Positions 41,128 through 50,486 of a stretch of DNA of 64,000 bases are shown here, one piece after another. The DNA comes from Terriglobia bacterium (GTDB lineage Bacteria > Acidobacteriota > Terriglobia > 20CM-2-55-15). The stretch covers positions 224,001 through 288,000 of the forward strand of contig CAXWPJ010000009.1 of the NCBI GenBank assembly GCA_963664115.2, read 5' to 3'. The number at the start of each line of letters is the position of its first letter. Within the stretch, counting starts at the first letter, position 1. The notes below the pieces were generated by a model. The model was not told the origin of the DNA and ran no database searches. It was given only the letters and a program-made list of their open reading frames with translations. A program made the translations under genes and the position numbers.

Positions 41128-42883
41128 GTGGGTACACCCGGGGCTCCTGCTCATCCTGGGCGCATGGCTCCTGGTTTTCCTCAAAGGTCCGATAAAACGC
41201 ATAGCAATGCTGGTCCTGCCAGGGGCGGCGCTGGTCGATTGCTTGTTGATGTCGCCTGGAACCTATGGTGCCGTGACGTTCATGGGCCAGGACCTCGTGC
41301 TTGGCCGCGTGGACAGTCTGAGCCTGGTATTTTCCTACATCTTCTCGCTCATGGCCTTCGTGGGCATGGTCTACGCCCTCCATGTAAAGGACGACTTCCA
41401 GCACGTCAGCGCCTTGATTTATGTGGGCGGCGCGCTCGGAGTCACGTTTGCCGGCGATTTCCTCTCCCTTTACCTCTTTTGGGAGCTCATGGCGATCTCG
41501 TCGGTGCTCCTGGTGTGGCTGCGACGGGAACCGTCAGCAGTAGCGGCCGGCTTCCGCTATCTTCTGATGCACATAGTCGGAGGACTCGTCCTCCTGGCAG
41601 GGATCGTAGTGCACTGGTCCCAGACCGGATCGCTTGCCTTCGAAGATATGGGCGTTTTTTCCGGCGGCCTGGCCTGGACCCTGATTCTCGTGGCCTTCCT
41701 TCTCAACGCGGCCGTTCCGCCTTTGGGGGCATGGCTTCCGGACGCCTACCCCGAGGCCACTGTTACAGGGGCGGTCTTCATGACGGCCTTTACAACCAAG
41801 TCCGCGGTCTATGTCTTGATCCGCGGCTTTGCGGGGACGGAACTCCTGATCTGGTTGGGAGGGGCGATGGCAGTCTATGGCGTGGTCTACGCCGTATTGG
41901 AAAACGACGCGCGACGCTTATTGGCCTACCACATCATCAGCCAGGTCGGCTACATGGTGTGTGGTGTAGGCGTCGGCACAGCGCTGGCCATAAACGGCGC
42001 CACGGCGCACGCGTTTGCTCACATCCTGTATAAGGCGCTTCTCTTTATGGGAGCCGGCGCCGTTATCCAGATGACAGGCGTGAGAAAGCTGAGCGAGATG
42101 GGGGGGCTCTACAAGACGATGCCGATCACGCTCGGGCTCTATATGATCGGCGCCTTTGCGATATCGGCCGTCCCGCTGTTCAGCGGTTTCGTAAGCAAGT
42201 CCATGGTGATTTCCGCAGCCGGCGAGGAACACCTGACGACGATCTTTCTGATGCTGACACTGGCCTCGGCCGGCACCTTCCTGCACACCGGCCTCAAGCT
42301 ACCGTATTACATGTTCTTTGCCAAGGACTCGGGCCTGCGCCCCAAGGAAGCGCCCACGAACATGCTCGTGGCCATGGGCCTGGCTGCCCTCGGATGTGTT
42401 CTGATCGGAGTGTTGCCCGGACTTCTGTACGCGCACCTTCCGAACCCGGTGGACTTCATTCCATATACGCTGACGCACGTGATGAGCACACTCGGAATGT
42501 TAGGCTTTACGGCCCTGGGATTTTTCCTGCTCCTCAAGCACCTCGATCCGGAACCCAAGGTCAGCCTCGACACGGATTGGTTCTACCGCCGTCCTTCGCT
42601 CAGGTTGGTGAGTCTGGTCCAGGGCCCACTGGCGCGTCTTGAGTACGGCTTTGTTGGAGAGATCTATGAGCGTCTGGTTCGCGGCCCTGTGTTGGGAGTA
42701 GCGAATCTGTTTCGCAAACTCGACAGCCTCGTCGTCGATTCCGCAATCGTAGGCGTGGGTCGTTCCACCCAGAGCTTGAGTCAGGTCCTGAAGACGATGG
42801 AGAACGGCCAGGTCCAGTATTACGGGCTGATCATGGCCGCAGGAATTCTCGCACTTTTGGCTCTGGCAGTGTTCTTTTCATGA
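41117..42883 (+). CDS. Na+/H+ antiporter subunit D-like protein with a NuoL-type C-terminal lateral helix
   Basis: FWELMA, WLPDAYPEA, RRLLAYHIISQVGYM, HAFAHILYKALLF; C-terminal D..VVD..G...GQVQYY plus a terminal TM as in NuoL. Confidence 0.85.
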   Translation: MTLEWVHPGLLLILGAWLLVFLKGPIKRIAMLVLPGAALVDCLLMSPGTYGAVTFMGQDLVLGRVDSLSLVFSYIFSLMAFVGMVYALHVKDDFQHVSALIYVGGALGVTFAGDFLSLYLFWELMAISSVLLVWLRREPSAVAAGFRYLLMHIVGGLVLLAGIVVHWSQTGSLAFEDMGVFSGGLAWTLILVAFLLNAAVPPLGAWLPDAYPEATVTGAVFMTAFTTKSAVYVLIRGFAGTELLIWLGGAMAVYGVVYAVLENDARRLLAYHIISQVGYMVCGVGVGTALAINGATAHAFAHILYKALLFMGAGAVIQMTGVRKLSEMGGLYKTMPITLGLYMIGAFAISAVPLFSGFVSKSMVISAAGEEHLTTIFLMLTLASAGTFLHTGLKLPYYMFFAKDSGLRPKEAPTNMLVAMGLAALGCVLIGVLPGLLYAHLPNPVDFIPYTLTHVMSTLGMLGFTALGFFLLLKHLDPEPKVSLDTDWFYRRPSLRLVSLVQGPLARLEYGFVGEIYERLVRGPVLGVANLFRKLDSLVVDSAIVGVGRSTQSLSQVLKTMENGQVQYYGLIMAAGILALLALAVFFS

Positions 42884-44346
42884 GTTATCCGGTCCTGACA
42901 GTTACGACGTTTCTGCCCCTCGCGGGGGGTGTTCTGATCCTGCTCCTGGGCAGCGAGCGACTCGCTCGCTGGGTCGCCCTCATCACCACTCTGGCCACCG
43001 TAGCCGTTTCGGTCCCGCTTTACAGGGGATTCGACAAGACATCGAGCACACTGCAATTCGTGGAGTCGCGGGACTGGATCCCGAATTGGAACATCGCTTA
43101 CGGCATGGGCGTGGACGGAATCAGCCTTCCATTCATCTTCCTTGCCTCGCTGCTCGGCGTCCTGTGCATCGGCGCCTCATGGTCCGCGATCCAAACTCGA
43201 ACGCGAGAGTTCTATGCGGCGCTCCTGGTGGCGGAAACCGCGATGATCGGCCTTTTCGCGGCCTCGAACCTTTTTCTCTTCTATATTTTCTGGGAACTCA
43301 TCCTGGTTCCGGTCTTTCTCCTGATCGGCGTCTGGGGAGGTCCGGGGCGTGTCTACGCGTCGATCAAGTTTTTGCTCTTCACTCTCGCCGGGAGCGTTTT
43401 CATGCTTGTGGGCATGATCGCTCTCTACCAGGCATTGGGCACATTGGACTTCAGGGCCCTGGCCCTGGCCCGGGACAGCCTCGATTCGAGCCAGCAAGCC
43501 TGGCTCTTCGCGGCCTTTCTGGCCGCTTTCGCAGTCAAGGTGCCCATGTTTCCGGTACATACCTGGCTCCCGGACGCTCACACGGAAGCTCCAACGGCGG
43601 GGAGCGTGATCCTGGCCGGAATTCTTCTCAAAATGGGCGCATACGGGTTCCTGCGTGTCTCGATTCCGGTTCTTCCCGACGCCGTGCAACTCTTCTTGAC
43701 GCCGATGCTGGTCGTCTCCGTGGTGGCTATTGTCTATGGCGCATATGTGACCCTTGTCCAGACGGACGTAAAACGTCTCATCGCGTTCTCGAGCATCAGC
43801 CACATGGGTTTCGTCACGCTGGGTATTTTCACACTCGACCAGGGCGGGGTCGAAGGAGCGGTCCTGCAGATGATCAACCACGGGATCATTTCGGCGGCAC
43901 TATTCTTGTGCGTCGGCATGATCTACGAGCGCACTCACACGCGGGAAATCAACGATTACGGGGGAGTTGCCAAAGCCGCACCGGTCTATTCGACCTTGCT
44001 CGGCCTGTTTTGTCTGGCAGGAACGGGATTCCCAGGTCTGAATTCATTCGTAGGGGAGTTTCTGATCATCGGTGGCGCTTTCAGAACTCACGCCTTGCTG
44101 GGGGCGATGGCGGTCTGGGGTGTAGTCCTTGGAACGGCGTACCTCGTCTGGCTCTACTACCGCGTTGTTATGGGCCAGATCAACCCCGGGCTCGAGGGGC
44201 TCAAGCTAGAGCTCAATATTCGTGAGGTGGCGACGCTTGCCCCTCTGGTCTTATTCGCGGTGTGTCTCGGCCTCTACCCTGATCTCGTCCTCTCTTATTT
44301 GCGAGCTCCCGTGGCCGCGCTACTTGCCGGGGGGGTCACCCCGTGA
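42880..44346 (+). CDS. nuoM: NADH-quinone oxidoreductase subunit M
   Basis: GVDGISL, FWE, AVKVPMFPVHTWLPDAHTEAPT, LLKMGAYG. Confidence 0.95.
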   Translation: MSYPVLTVTTFLPLAGGVLILLLGSERLARWVALITTLATVAVSVPLYRGFDKTSSTLQFVESRDWIPNWNIAYGMGVDGISLPFIFLASLLGVLCIGASWSAIQTRTREFYAALLVAETAMIGLFAASNLFLFYIFWELILVPVFLLIGVWGGPGRVYASIKFLLFTLAGSVFMLVGMIALYQALGTLDFRALALARDSLDSSQQAWLFAAFLAAFAVKVPMFPVHTWLPDAHTEAPTAGSVILAGILLKMGAYGFLRVSIPVLPDAVQLFLTPMLVVSVVAIVYGAYVTLVQTDVKRLIAFSSISHMGFVTLGIFTLDQGGVEGAVLQMINHGIISAALFLCVGMIYERTHTREINDYGGVAKAAPVYSTLLGLFCLAGTGFPGLNSFVGEFLIIGGAFRTHALLGAMAVWGVVLGTAYLVWLYYRVVMGQINPGLEGLKLELNIREVATLAPLVLFAVCLGLYPDLVLSYLRAPVAALLAGGVTP

Positions 44347-45764
44347 ACGGCGCCACTCTTTCTGACGTCGCCCTGCTGGTCCCGGAACTGATTCTGGTCG
44401 GGATGTCCGTCGCATTGATCGTTCTCGCACGACGTATAAAGAACACGCCGATTGCGGCAACAGGGACAGTCCTTGCTGCATTGGGCGCTGGCATGTACTC
44501 CTTCTGGGCGGTGTCAGAAGGCACTCAAGTCGGCTTTGGCGGCATGCTCATTCTGGACGGCTACTCCCAATTCTTCAAGGTGCTCATTGCCGCCACTCTG
44601 GCTCTGGTCGCGCTTCTGTCGGTGAGAAGCCACGATCTGGAAGAGGTGCCCCGCGGCGAGTACCATGCCCTGCTCCTGTTGGCTTCGACGGGGATGATGC
44701 TTGCAGTTTCATCACTGGATCTGCTGACCCTCTACTTGGGCCTAGAGCTTATGACGCTGTGCTCCTACATCCTGGTCGGGATCGCGGTGGACAGACCGAC
44801 GTCAAACGAGGCCGCGATCAAGTATTTCCTTTTGGGGTCATTCGCCTCAGCCCTGCTTCTCTACGGGATCGCCCTGACCTACGGCCTCACCGGCGCTACC
44901 AACTATCAGGCCGTTGCCTCGGTAATTACGGGTCAGGGGCTCACGGAGAACCCGCTTCTGCTAGTGGCCATCGGACTGGTAGCGGCCGGGCTCGCATTCA
45001 AGATTGCGGTGGTGCCGTTTCACGCCTGGGCGCCGGACGCTTACCAGGGTGCAGGTGCACCTGTCGCGGGCTTCCTGGCGGCCGGTTCCAAGGCCGTCGG
45101 CCTGGCCGCTCTGGGAAGGGTTTCCCTGACCGCGTTCGGCGAGGAAACCTACGTCTTGTCCCTGGTTCTTGCGGGACTCGCAGCCCTTTCGATTGTCGTC
45201 GGCAGCATCGTGGCCCTGGCCCAGACCGACATGAAACGTTTGCTGGCCTATTCTGCAATCGCGCACGCGGGTTACGCACTGATGGGCCTCATGGCCGGTA
45301 CGAGGGAGGGGATTTCTGCAACCATGACCTACGCCTTCTTCTACGTCTTTATGACGCTCGGAACATTCGGCGTGGTCATCGCTCTGGGCGAGCGTGGTCG
45401 AACTCTGGATGGATACAAGGGCCTGGCTCGGCAGCGACCCGGAACAGCCGCCCTCATGTTACTTTTTCTCTTGTCTCTGACCGGCATCCCTCCAACGGGG
45501 GGCTTCGTCGCCAAGTTTGTCGTTATCCTGAGCGCTGTGCGCGCAGGCTACGTGGGACTGGCTGTACTTGCGGTGGCCTGCAGCGTAATTTCAGCATTCG
45601 TGTACATGCGGGTAGCCGTCTTCATGTACATGAGAGAGCCCGAGGAGCCGGCGCCTTCGAGCTTCCCGGTGGCGGTGTCCGCCGCTCTCGCCGTGGCAGC
45701 GCTGGTCACTTTAATTGGTGGGATCTCCCCGGGCATTTTGACGGTCTGGGCGGTGTCTCCGTGA
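44343..45764 (+). CDS. nuoN: NADH-quinone oxidoreductase subunit N
   Basis: EAAIKYFLLG, FKIAVVPFHAWAPDAYQGA, GIPPTGGFVAK. Confidence 0.95.
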   Translation: MNGATLSDVALLVPELILVGMSVALIVLARRIKNTPIAATGTVLAALGAGMYSFWAVSEGTQVGFGGMLILDGYSQFFKVLIAATLALVALLSVRSHDLEEVPRGEYHALLLLASTGMMLAVSSLDLLTLYLGLELMTLCSYILVGIAVDRPTSNEAAIKYFLLGSFASALLLYGIALTYGLTGATNYQAVASVITGQGLTENPLLLVAIGLVAAGLAFKIAVVPFHAWAPDAYQGAGAPVAGFLAAGSKAVGLAALGRVSLTAFGEETYVLSLVLAGLAALSIVVGSIVALAQTDMKRLLAYSAIAHAGYALMGLMAGTREGISATMTYAFFYVFMTLGTFGVVIALGERGRTLDGYKGLARQRPGTAALMLLFLLSLTGIPPTGGFVAKFVVILSAVRAGYVGLAVLAVACSVISAFVYMRVAVFMYMREPEEPAPSSFPVAVSAALAVAALVTLIGGISPGILTVWAVSP

Positions 45765-45792
45765 TGTCCACGATAATGTACACTAATGACTT

Positions 45793-46146
45793 ATGAACGC
45801 ATACATCGGGATAGCGGTCAGTTTCGTTCTGGCTGCAGGGATCACGGGCTTGATGGTCATCCTGGCCTCCACGCTGGGAAAGAAGAATTCCACGCCTGTA
45901 AAGTTGTCGCCGTTCGAATGTGGGGTGGATCCGTTTTCGCTCCCTATCGGCAAGTTGGCAATCAAGTTTTACCTGACTGCTATTCTGTTCATCCCCTTCG
46001 ATGTCGAGCTGGTGTTCCTCTATCCCTGGGCCGTGCTTTACCGCCAGCTGGGGACCTTGGGACTGGTTGAAATGGGACTCTTTCTGGGCATCCTGATGGC
46101 AGGTTATGTCTACGCCTGGGACAATGGCGCTCTTGACTGGCAATGA
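45793..46146 (+). CDS. nuoA: NADH-quinone oxidoreductase subunit A
   Basis: PFECGVDP, FDVELVFLYPWA, GALDW. Confidence 0.95.
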   Translation: MNAYIGIAVSFVLAAGITGLMVILASTLGKKNSTPVKLSPFECGVDPFSLPIGKLAIKFYLTAILFIPFDVELVFLYPWAVLYRQLGTLGLVEMGLFLGILMAGYVYAWDNGALDWQ

Positions 46147-46185
46147 CTGGAAATGACTGGCAATGACTGGAAATGACTGGCAATG
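46134..46185 (+). repeat. Tandem 10-bp repeat TGACTGG(C/A)AA, five copies
   Basis: tgactggcaa tgactggaaa tgactggcaa tgactggaaa tgactggcaa, beginning in the last codons of nuoA. Confidence 0.95.
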
Positions 46186-46219
46186 CAGGACAATGATCCC
46201 GCAATTCTGTAAATAAATC

Positions 46220-46723
46220 ATGTTCAACGACACATCGTTTCTAACGAGCCGGCTCGACGACGCGGTTGGCTGGGCACGAAAGTATTCAATCTTCCAGTAT
46301 CCGTTCGTGACTGCGTGCTGCGGGATGGAGTACATGGCGACGGCCTGCTCTCATTACGACGTGGACCGTTTCGGAGCGGGCTTCCCAAGATTTTCTCCTC
46401 GCCAGGCCGACGTACTTTTCGTCGTCGGCACGATCAGTCACAAGATGGCGCCTGTCCTCCTACGCATCCATGAGCAGATGGCGGATCCCAAGTGGGTGGT
46501 CGCTTTCGGCGTGTGCGTGTGCACGGGCGGTTTTTATGACAACTACGCCACAGTGATGGGCATCGATACCATCATGCCGGTGGATGTTTATATACCTGGA
46601 TGCCCACCGCGGCCGGAGATGGTCCTCGACGGCCTGATGAAGCTGCAGGACAAGATCCAGGACCATGGAGTAAGCGGCAAGCGCGTCGCGCCTGAACCTC
46701 GTCCGGACCTCTTCGAAGCATGA
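46220..46723 (+). CDS. nuoB: NADH-quinone oxidoreductase subunit B
   Basis: TACCGME, SPRQAD, PGCPPRPE. Confidence 0.96.
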   Translation: MFNDTSFLTSRLDDAVGWARKYSIFQYPFVTACCGMEYMATACSHYDVDRFGAGFPRFSPRQADVLFVVGTISHKMAPVLLRIHEQMADPKWVVAFGVCVCTGGFYDNYATVMGIDTIMPVDVYIPGCPPRPEMVLDGLMKLQDKIQDHGVSGKRVAPEPRPDLFEA

Positions 46724-47301
46724 ATACCACATCTTTGATCGAATCCCTCACGGACCGCTTTCCCGCTGCGGTGACCTCGTCCCATGCCTACCGGGGTGAC
46801 GCAACACTTATTGTTCGTCCGAAGAGCCTCGTCGACGTGGCGCGGTTTCTCAAGGAGGACCCGGCCTTAAAAATGAATTACCTCATGGACCTGACTGCCG
46901 TCGACTACTCCGCATTCGGGAAACACCCCACGCCGGCCTTTTTCACTTCTTCGGGAGTGACGGTGAAGCCGTCTTCCGAGATTCCGGATGAAGAACCGTG
47001 GCCCGGCCCTCCGGACGAAGGGCGGTTTGCGGTCGTGTACCACTTCTTCTCGACCACCCACAAACATCGGCTACGACTGGTTGTCCCGGTAGAGGAGAGT
47101 GTGGCTCAGGTGGATTCGCTGACCGCGTTGTGGCCGGGCGCCGACTGGCTTGAACGCGAGGTCTGGGACATGTTCGGGATCGGTTTTACGGGACATCCCG
47201 ACTTGAAGCGGATTCTCATGTACGAAGGGTTCGAGGGTCACCCGCTACGGAAGGACTATCCCGTCAAAAAGCGTCAGCCGCTGATCGGACCGACCAACTA
47301 A
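46720..47301 (+). CDS. nuoC: NADH-quinone oxidoreductase subunit C
   Basis: DLTAVDY, WLEREVWDMFGI, GHPLRKDYP. Confidence 0.95.
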   Translation: MNTTSLIESLTDRFPAAVTSSHAYRGDATLIVRPKSLVDVARFLKEDPALKMNYLMDLTAVDYSAFGKHPTPAFFTSSGVTVKPSSEIPDEEPWPGPPDEGRFAVVYHFFSTTHKHRLRLVVPVEESVAQVDSLTALWPGADWLEREVWDMFGIGFTGHPDLKRILMYEGFEGHPLRKDYPVKKRQPLIGPTN

Positions 47302-47310
47302 CAGCGTTCT

Positions 47311-48693
47311 ATGGAAAAGAACAGCCCATCGCCGGAGACGGCGCCGACACCCCGGGGCGACCCGGCAGAACTCGAAACGCGGGACATGCTCATCAACGTG
47401 GGTCCCGCTCATCCCGCCATGCACGGGATCATCCGGATCGTAGCTAAGCTCGACGGGGAACAGATCGAGGATGCCGAAGTAGAGATCGGCTACCTTCACC
47501 GTGGTTTTGAAAAGATGGCTGAAACGGTCGACTATAACGGCGTCATGCCTTACACCGACCGGCTCAACTATGTCTCGCCGCTCATCAACAATATGGGCTA
47601 TTGCATGGCTGTGGAAAAGCTCCTTGGGATCTCGGTCCCGGAGCGCTGCCACTACGTTCGGGTCATTCTCTCCGAGATCTCGAGGCTCTCGGATCACCTG
47701 ACCTGCGTCGGTGCAACCGCCATGGAGTTGGGGGCCTTCAGCGTGTTTCTGTACATGATCAAGGCCCGGGAGTACCTGTGGGAGTTGGTGGAGAAGGTCA
47801 CCGGAGCCCGGTTGACAGTCAGCTATTGCCGCGTGGGCGGTGTCAAAGCGGACCTTCCCGATGACTTCGCCGAACCTTGCCGCAAGGCCTTTGAGGAAAC
47901 CCGCAAGGTCCTCGCTGAGGCGGATGGGCTCCTCACCCGCAATCGCATTTTCACCGACCGTATGACAGGGACAGGAGTGCTCTCCGTCGACGACGCCATA
48001 GGCTACGGAATCACCGGCCCCTTCCTTCGTGCGAGCGGCGCGGACTACGACGTGCGCAAAGACTGCCCCTACGCCGTCTACGACCGGATACCATTCGACG
48101 TGCCAGTGGGTAGCAAAGGCGACAACATGGATCGCTATCTGGTACGCATGGAGGAAATGCAACAGTCCATGCGGATCGTGGAAACAGCGCTTGCCGACAT
48201 ACCGCCCGGCCCCGTCATGGTCAATCCTGAGACGGGGCGCCCCATCCCGGCCGCCGATATGGTAGACCTGGCCAAAGTGGGCGACATCAGAGCCATTTCA
48301 GGCAGGCCCGCCGTCGTCGATCCGACACTCGAGGGGGCCAGTCGGGCCGAATATCCGTCTATTGCTGCGGATGAGAAACGCGTTTTTCTACCTGCTAAAG
48401 AGGATACTTACGGCAACATCGAAGGGCTCATGAACCACTTCAAGCTGGTCATGTTGGGCCACGGCCTGCGCCCCCCAAAAGGGGAAGTCTATTTCCCGGT
48501 GGAAGGCGCCAACGGAGAACTCGGGTTCTACGTAGTGAGCGACGGAGAGGGACGTCCCTACCGGGTCCGGGTCCGCCCGCCCTGCTTCGCTATCATGTCG
48601 GCCCTGCCCCATCTCCTTGTCGGGGGCATGATGGCCGATATGGTCCCCACCTTTGGGTCCGTGAACATGATAGGCGGGGAACTCGACCGGTGA
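47311..48693 (+). CDS. nuoD: NADH-quinone oxidoreductase subunit D
   Basis: GPAHPAMHG, GYLHRGFEK, DRLNY, GELDR; no NiFe CxxC motifs. Confidence 0.96.
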   Translation: MEKNSPSPETAPTPRGDPAELETRDMLINVGPAHPAMHGIIRIVAKLDGEQIEDAEVEIGYLHRGFEKMAETVDYNGVMPYTDRLNYVSPLINNMGYCMAVEKLLGISVPERCHYVRVILSEISRLSDHLTCVGATAMELGAFSVFLYMIKAREYLWELVEKVTGARLTVSYCRVGGVKADLPDDFAEPCRKAFEETRKVLAEADGLLTRNRIFTDRMTGTGVLSVDDAIGYGITGPFLRASGADYDVRKDCPYAVYDRIPFDVPVGSKGDNMDRYLVRMEEMQQSMRIVETALADIPPGPVMVNPETGRPIPAADMVDLAKVGDIRAISGRPAVVDPTLEGASRAEYPSIAADEKRVFLPAKEDTYGNIEGLMNHFKLVMLGHGLRPPKGEVYFPVEGANGELGFYVVSDGEGRPYRVRVRPPCFAIMSALPHLLVGGMMADMVPTFGSVNMIGGELDR

Positions 48694-50486
48694 CGCTCAA
48701 GGAAATGGAAGACGCGGCGGAGGAAATCCTCCGACGCTATGAGTACCCGAAGGCGGCGATGCTGCCTGTCCTGTGGCTCGTACAGCAGAACCAGGGCTAC
48801 ATCTCACCTGAGGCAGAAGCTTGGGTGGGCCACCTTCTTGGAGTGTCTATCGCCCACGTGCGCGAGGTAGTCTCCTTTTACAATATGTTCCATACCCAGC
48901 CCGTCGGACGGCGGGAACTTCGGGTCTGCACGAGTCTGCCATGCCGCCTCCGCGGAGGGCACGATGTGTTGGAACGCATCAAGGACGGATTAAAGATCAG
49001 CCCGGGTGAGACCACGCCCGGCCAGGAGGTGACGCTCACCGAGGTCGAATGCTTGTGTGCTTGCGAGATGGCGCCCATGGCCCAGCTCGACGAACGCTTT
49101 GTCGGCCCTCTTGACGGTGGGGCCGTAGCCACCCTCATCGAGGACGCTTTGAGCGAACCCGGGAGCGGGGAGTCGACCCCGGAGCCCGACCCCTACATTT
49201 GCACGGATGGGCCGGTTCTCTCCACGCGCTTCAACGATCCGGAGGGGACCTGGTTCGAAACTTACGTCGCCGATGACGGATACGCCGCCTCCCGGCGAGT
49301 GCTCACCTCGATGACGCCGAGGGAGGTGATCGACGAGGTCGCCAAGGCCAAGCTCCGCGGTCTCGGCGGGGCGGGTTTTCCGGCCAGCCGAAAGTGGTCC
49401 TTCATACCCAAGGATTCGACCGAGCCCAAGTACCTCGTAGTCAACGCAGACGAGGGCGAACCCGGGACTTTCAAGGACCGTTACATTCTGGAAAGGGACC
49501 CGCACGCCCTGATCGAGGGCATGATCATCGCAGCCTATGCGATCGGCAGTCATAAGGCCTACGTCTACATTCGGGGCGAGTATTTCAGGTCCGCCAAACG
49601 TTTACAACGCGCCCTGGACGAGGCCTATAACACGAATTGGCTGGGCAAGAACATTCAGGGGACAGGCTTTGACCTGGACGTGGTCATCCACCGGGGCGCC
49701 GGCGCCTACATTTGTGGAGAAGAGACTGCGCTCCTGACGTCGCTCGAGGGCGGCAAAGGCTTTCCCAAGATCAAACCCCCTTTTCCGGCTATTTCGGGCC
49801 TCTTCAAATGCCCCACGATCGTCAACAATGTGGAAACCCTGGCCTGTGTCCCTTTTATCCTGCGCAACGGAGCCGAGCGCTTTGCCGAAATAGGTTCCGA
49901 GACCCAGGGTGGAACACGCCTCTTCTGTGTGAGCGGGCACGTGGTCCGGCCCGGCGTTTACGAGACGTCGGTCAGCATCACCCTGCGGGAACTGATCGAG
50001 CAGCATGCCGGGGGCGTACGCGATGGCAAGAAGCTTAAGGCTGTCATTCCCGGGGGGATCTCAGCCAAGATTCTCAGGGCTGACGAGATCGATGTGGGCA
50101 TGGATTTCGACTCGCTCAGGGGGGCCGGAACCATGGCTGGATCCGGGGGCGTAATCGTCATGGATGAAACCACCTCCATGGTCGAGGCGCTCGAGTCCGC
50201 GGCCCGGTTCTTCGCTGACGAGTCCTGCGGACAGTGTTCCCCCTGCCGGGAGGGGACAGGCTGGGTGCATCGCATCGTCGACCGCATCACCGAAGGGCAG
50301 GGACGTGTCGAGGATCTGGACGACCTTCTCGCTATTGCCGGCGATATGGAAGGCAACACTATCTGCGTTTTCGCGGACGCGGCGGCCTGGCCAGTCCAGT
50401 CCTACATCATGAAATTCAGGGACGAGTTCGAGGATTACATCCGTACCGGCCAGCGGGTCGGGGGAAAGGAAGCTGCGCATGCCTAA
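48690..50486 (+). CDS. nuoEF: Fused NuoE-NuoF (NADH-binding flavoprotein with N1a and N3 clusters)
   Basis: NuoE CTSLPC...ECLCAC, then NuoF GGAGFP, NADEGEPGTFKDR, GAGAYICGEETAL, ESCGQCSPCREG in one ORF. Confidence 0.93.
   Translation: MTLKEMEDAAEEILRRYEYPKAAMLPVLWLVQQNQGYISPEAEAWVGHLLGVSIAHVREVVSFYNMFHTQPVGRRELRVCTSLPCRLRGGHDVLERIKDGLKISPGETTPGQEVTLTEVECLCACEMAPMAQLDERFVGPLDGGAVATLIEDALSEPGSGESTPEPDPYICTDGPVLSTRFNDPEGTWFETYVADDGYAASRRVLTSMTPREVIDEVAKAKLRGLGGAGFPASRKWSFIPKDSTEPKYLVVNADEGEPGTFKDRYILERDPHALIEGMIIAAYAIGSHKAYVYIRGEYFRSAKRLQRALDEAYNTNWLGKNIQGTGFDLDVVIHRGAGAYICGEETALLTSLEGGKGFPKIKPPFPAISGLFKCPTIVNNVETLACVPFILRNGAERFAEIGSETQGGTRLFCVSGHVVRPGVYETSVSITLRELIEQHAGGVRDGKKLKAVIPGGISAKILRADEIDVGMDFDSLRGAGTMAGSGGVIVMDETTSMVEALESAARFFADESCGQCSPCREGTGWVHRIVDRITEGQGRVEDLDDLLAIAGDMEGNTICVFADAAAWPVQSYIMKFRDEFEDYIRTGQRVGGKEAAHA

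Noticed and set aside
44759-45796. Long alternative-frame ORFs overlapping nuo genes (e.g. 41128..42033, 43086..44225, 44759..45796)
   Set aside because: Arg/Gly/Pro-rich shadow ORFs expected from GC-rich codon usage, with no motifs
46134-46185. CRISPR array
   Set aside because: Units are 10 bp with no spacers, and no cas genes are present
47311-48693. Group 4 NiFe-hydrogenase large subunit, suggested by the Mrp-like neighbours
   Set aside because: No N- or C-terminal CxxC nickel ligands; quinone-site residues are present
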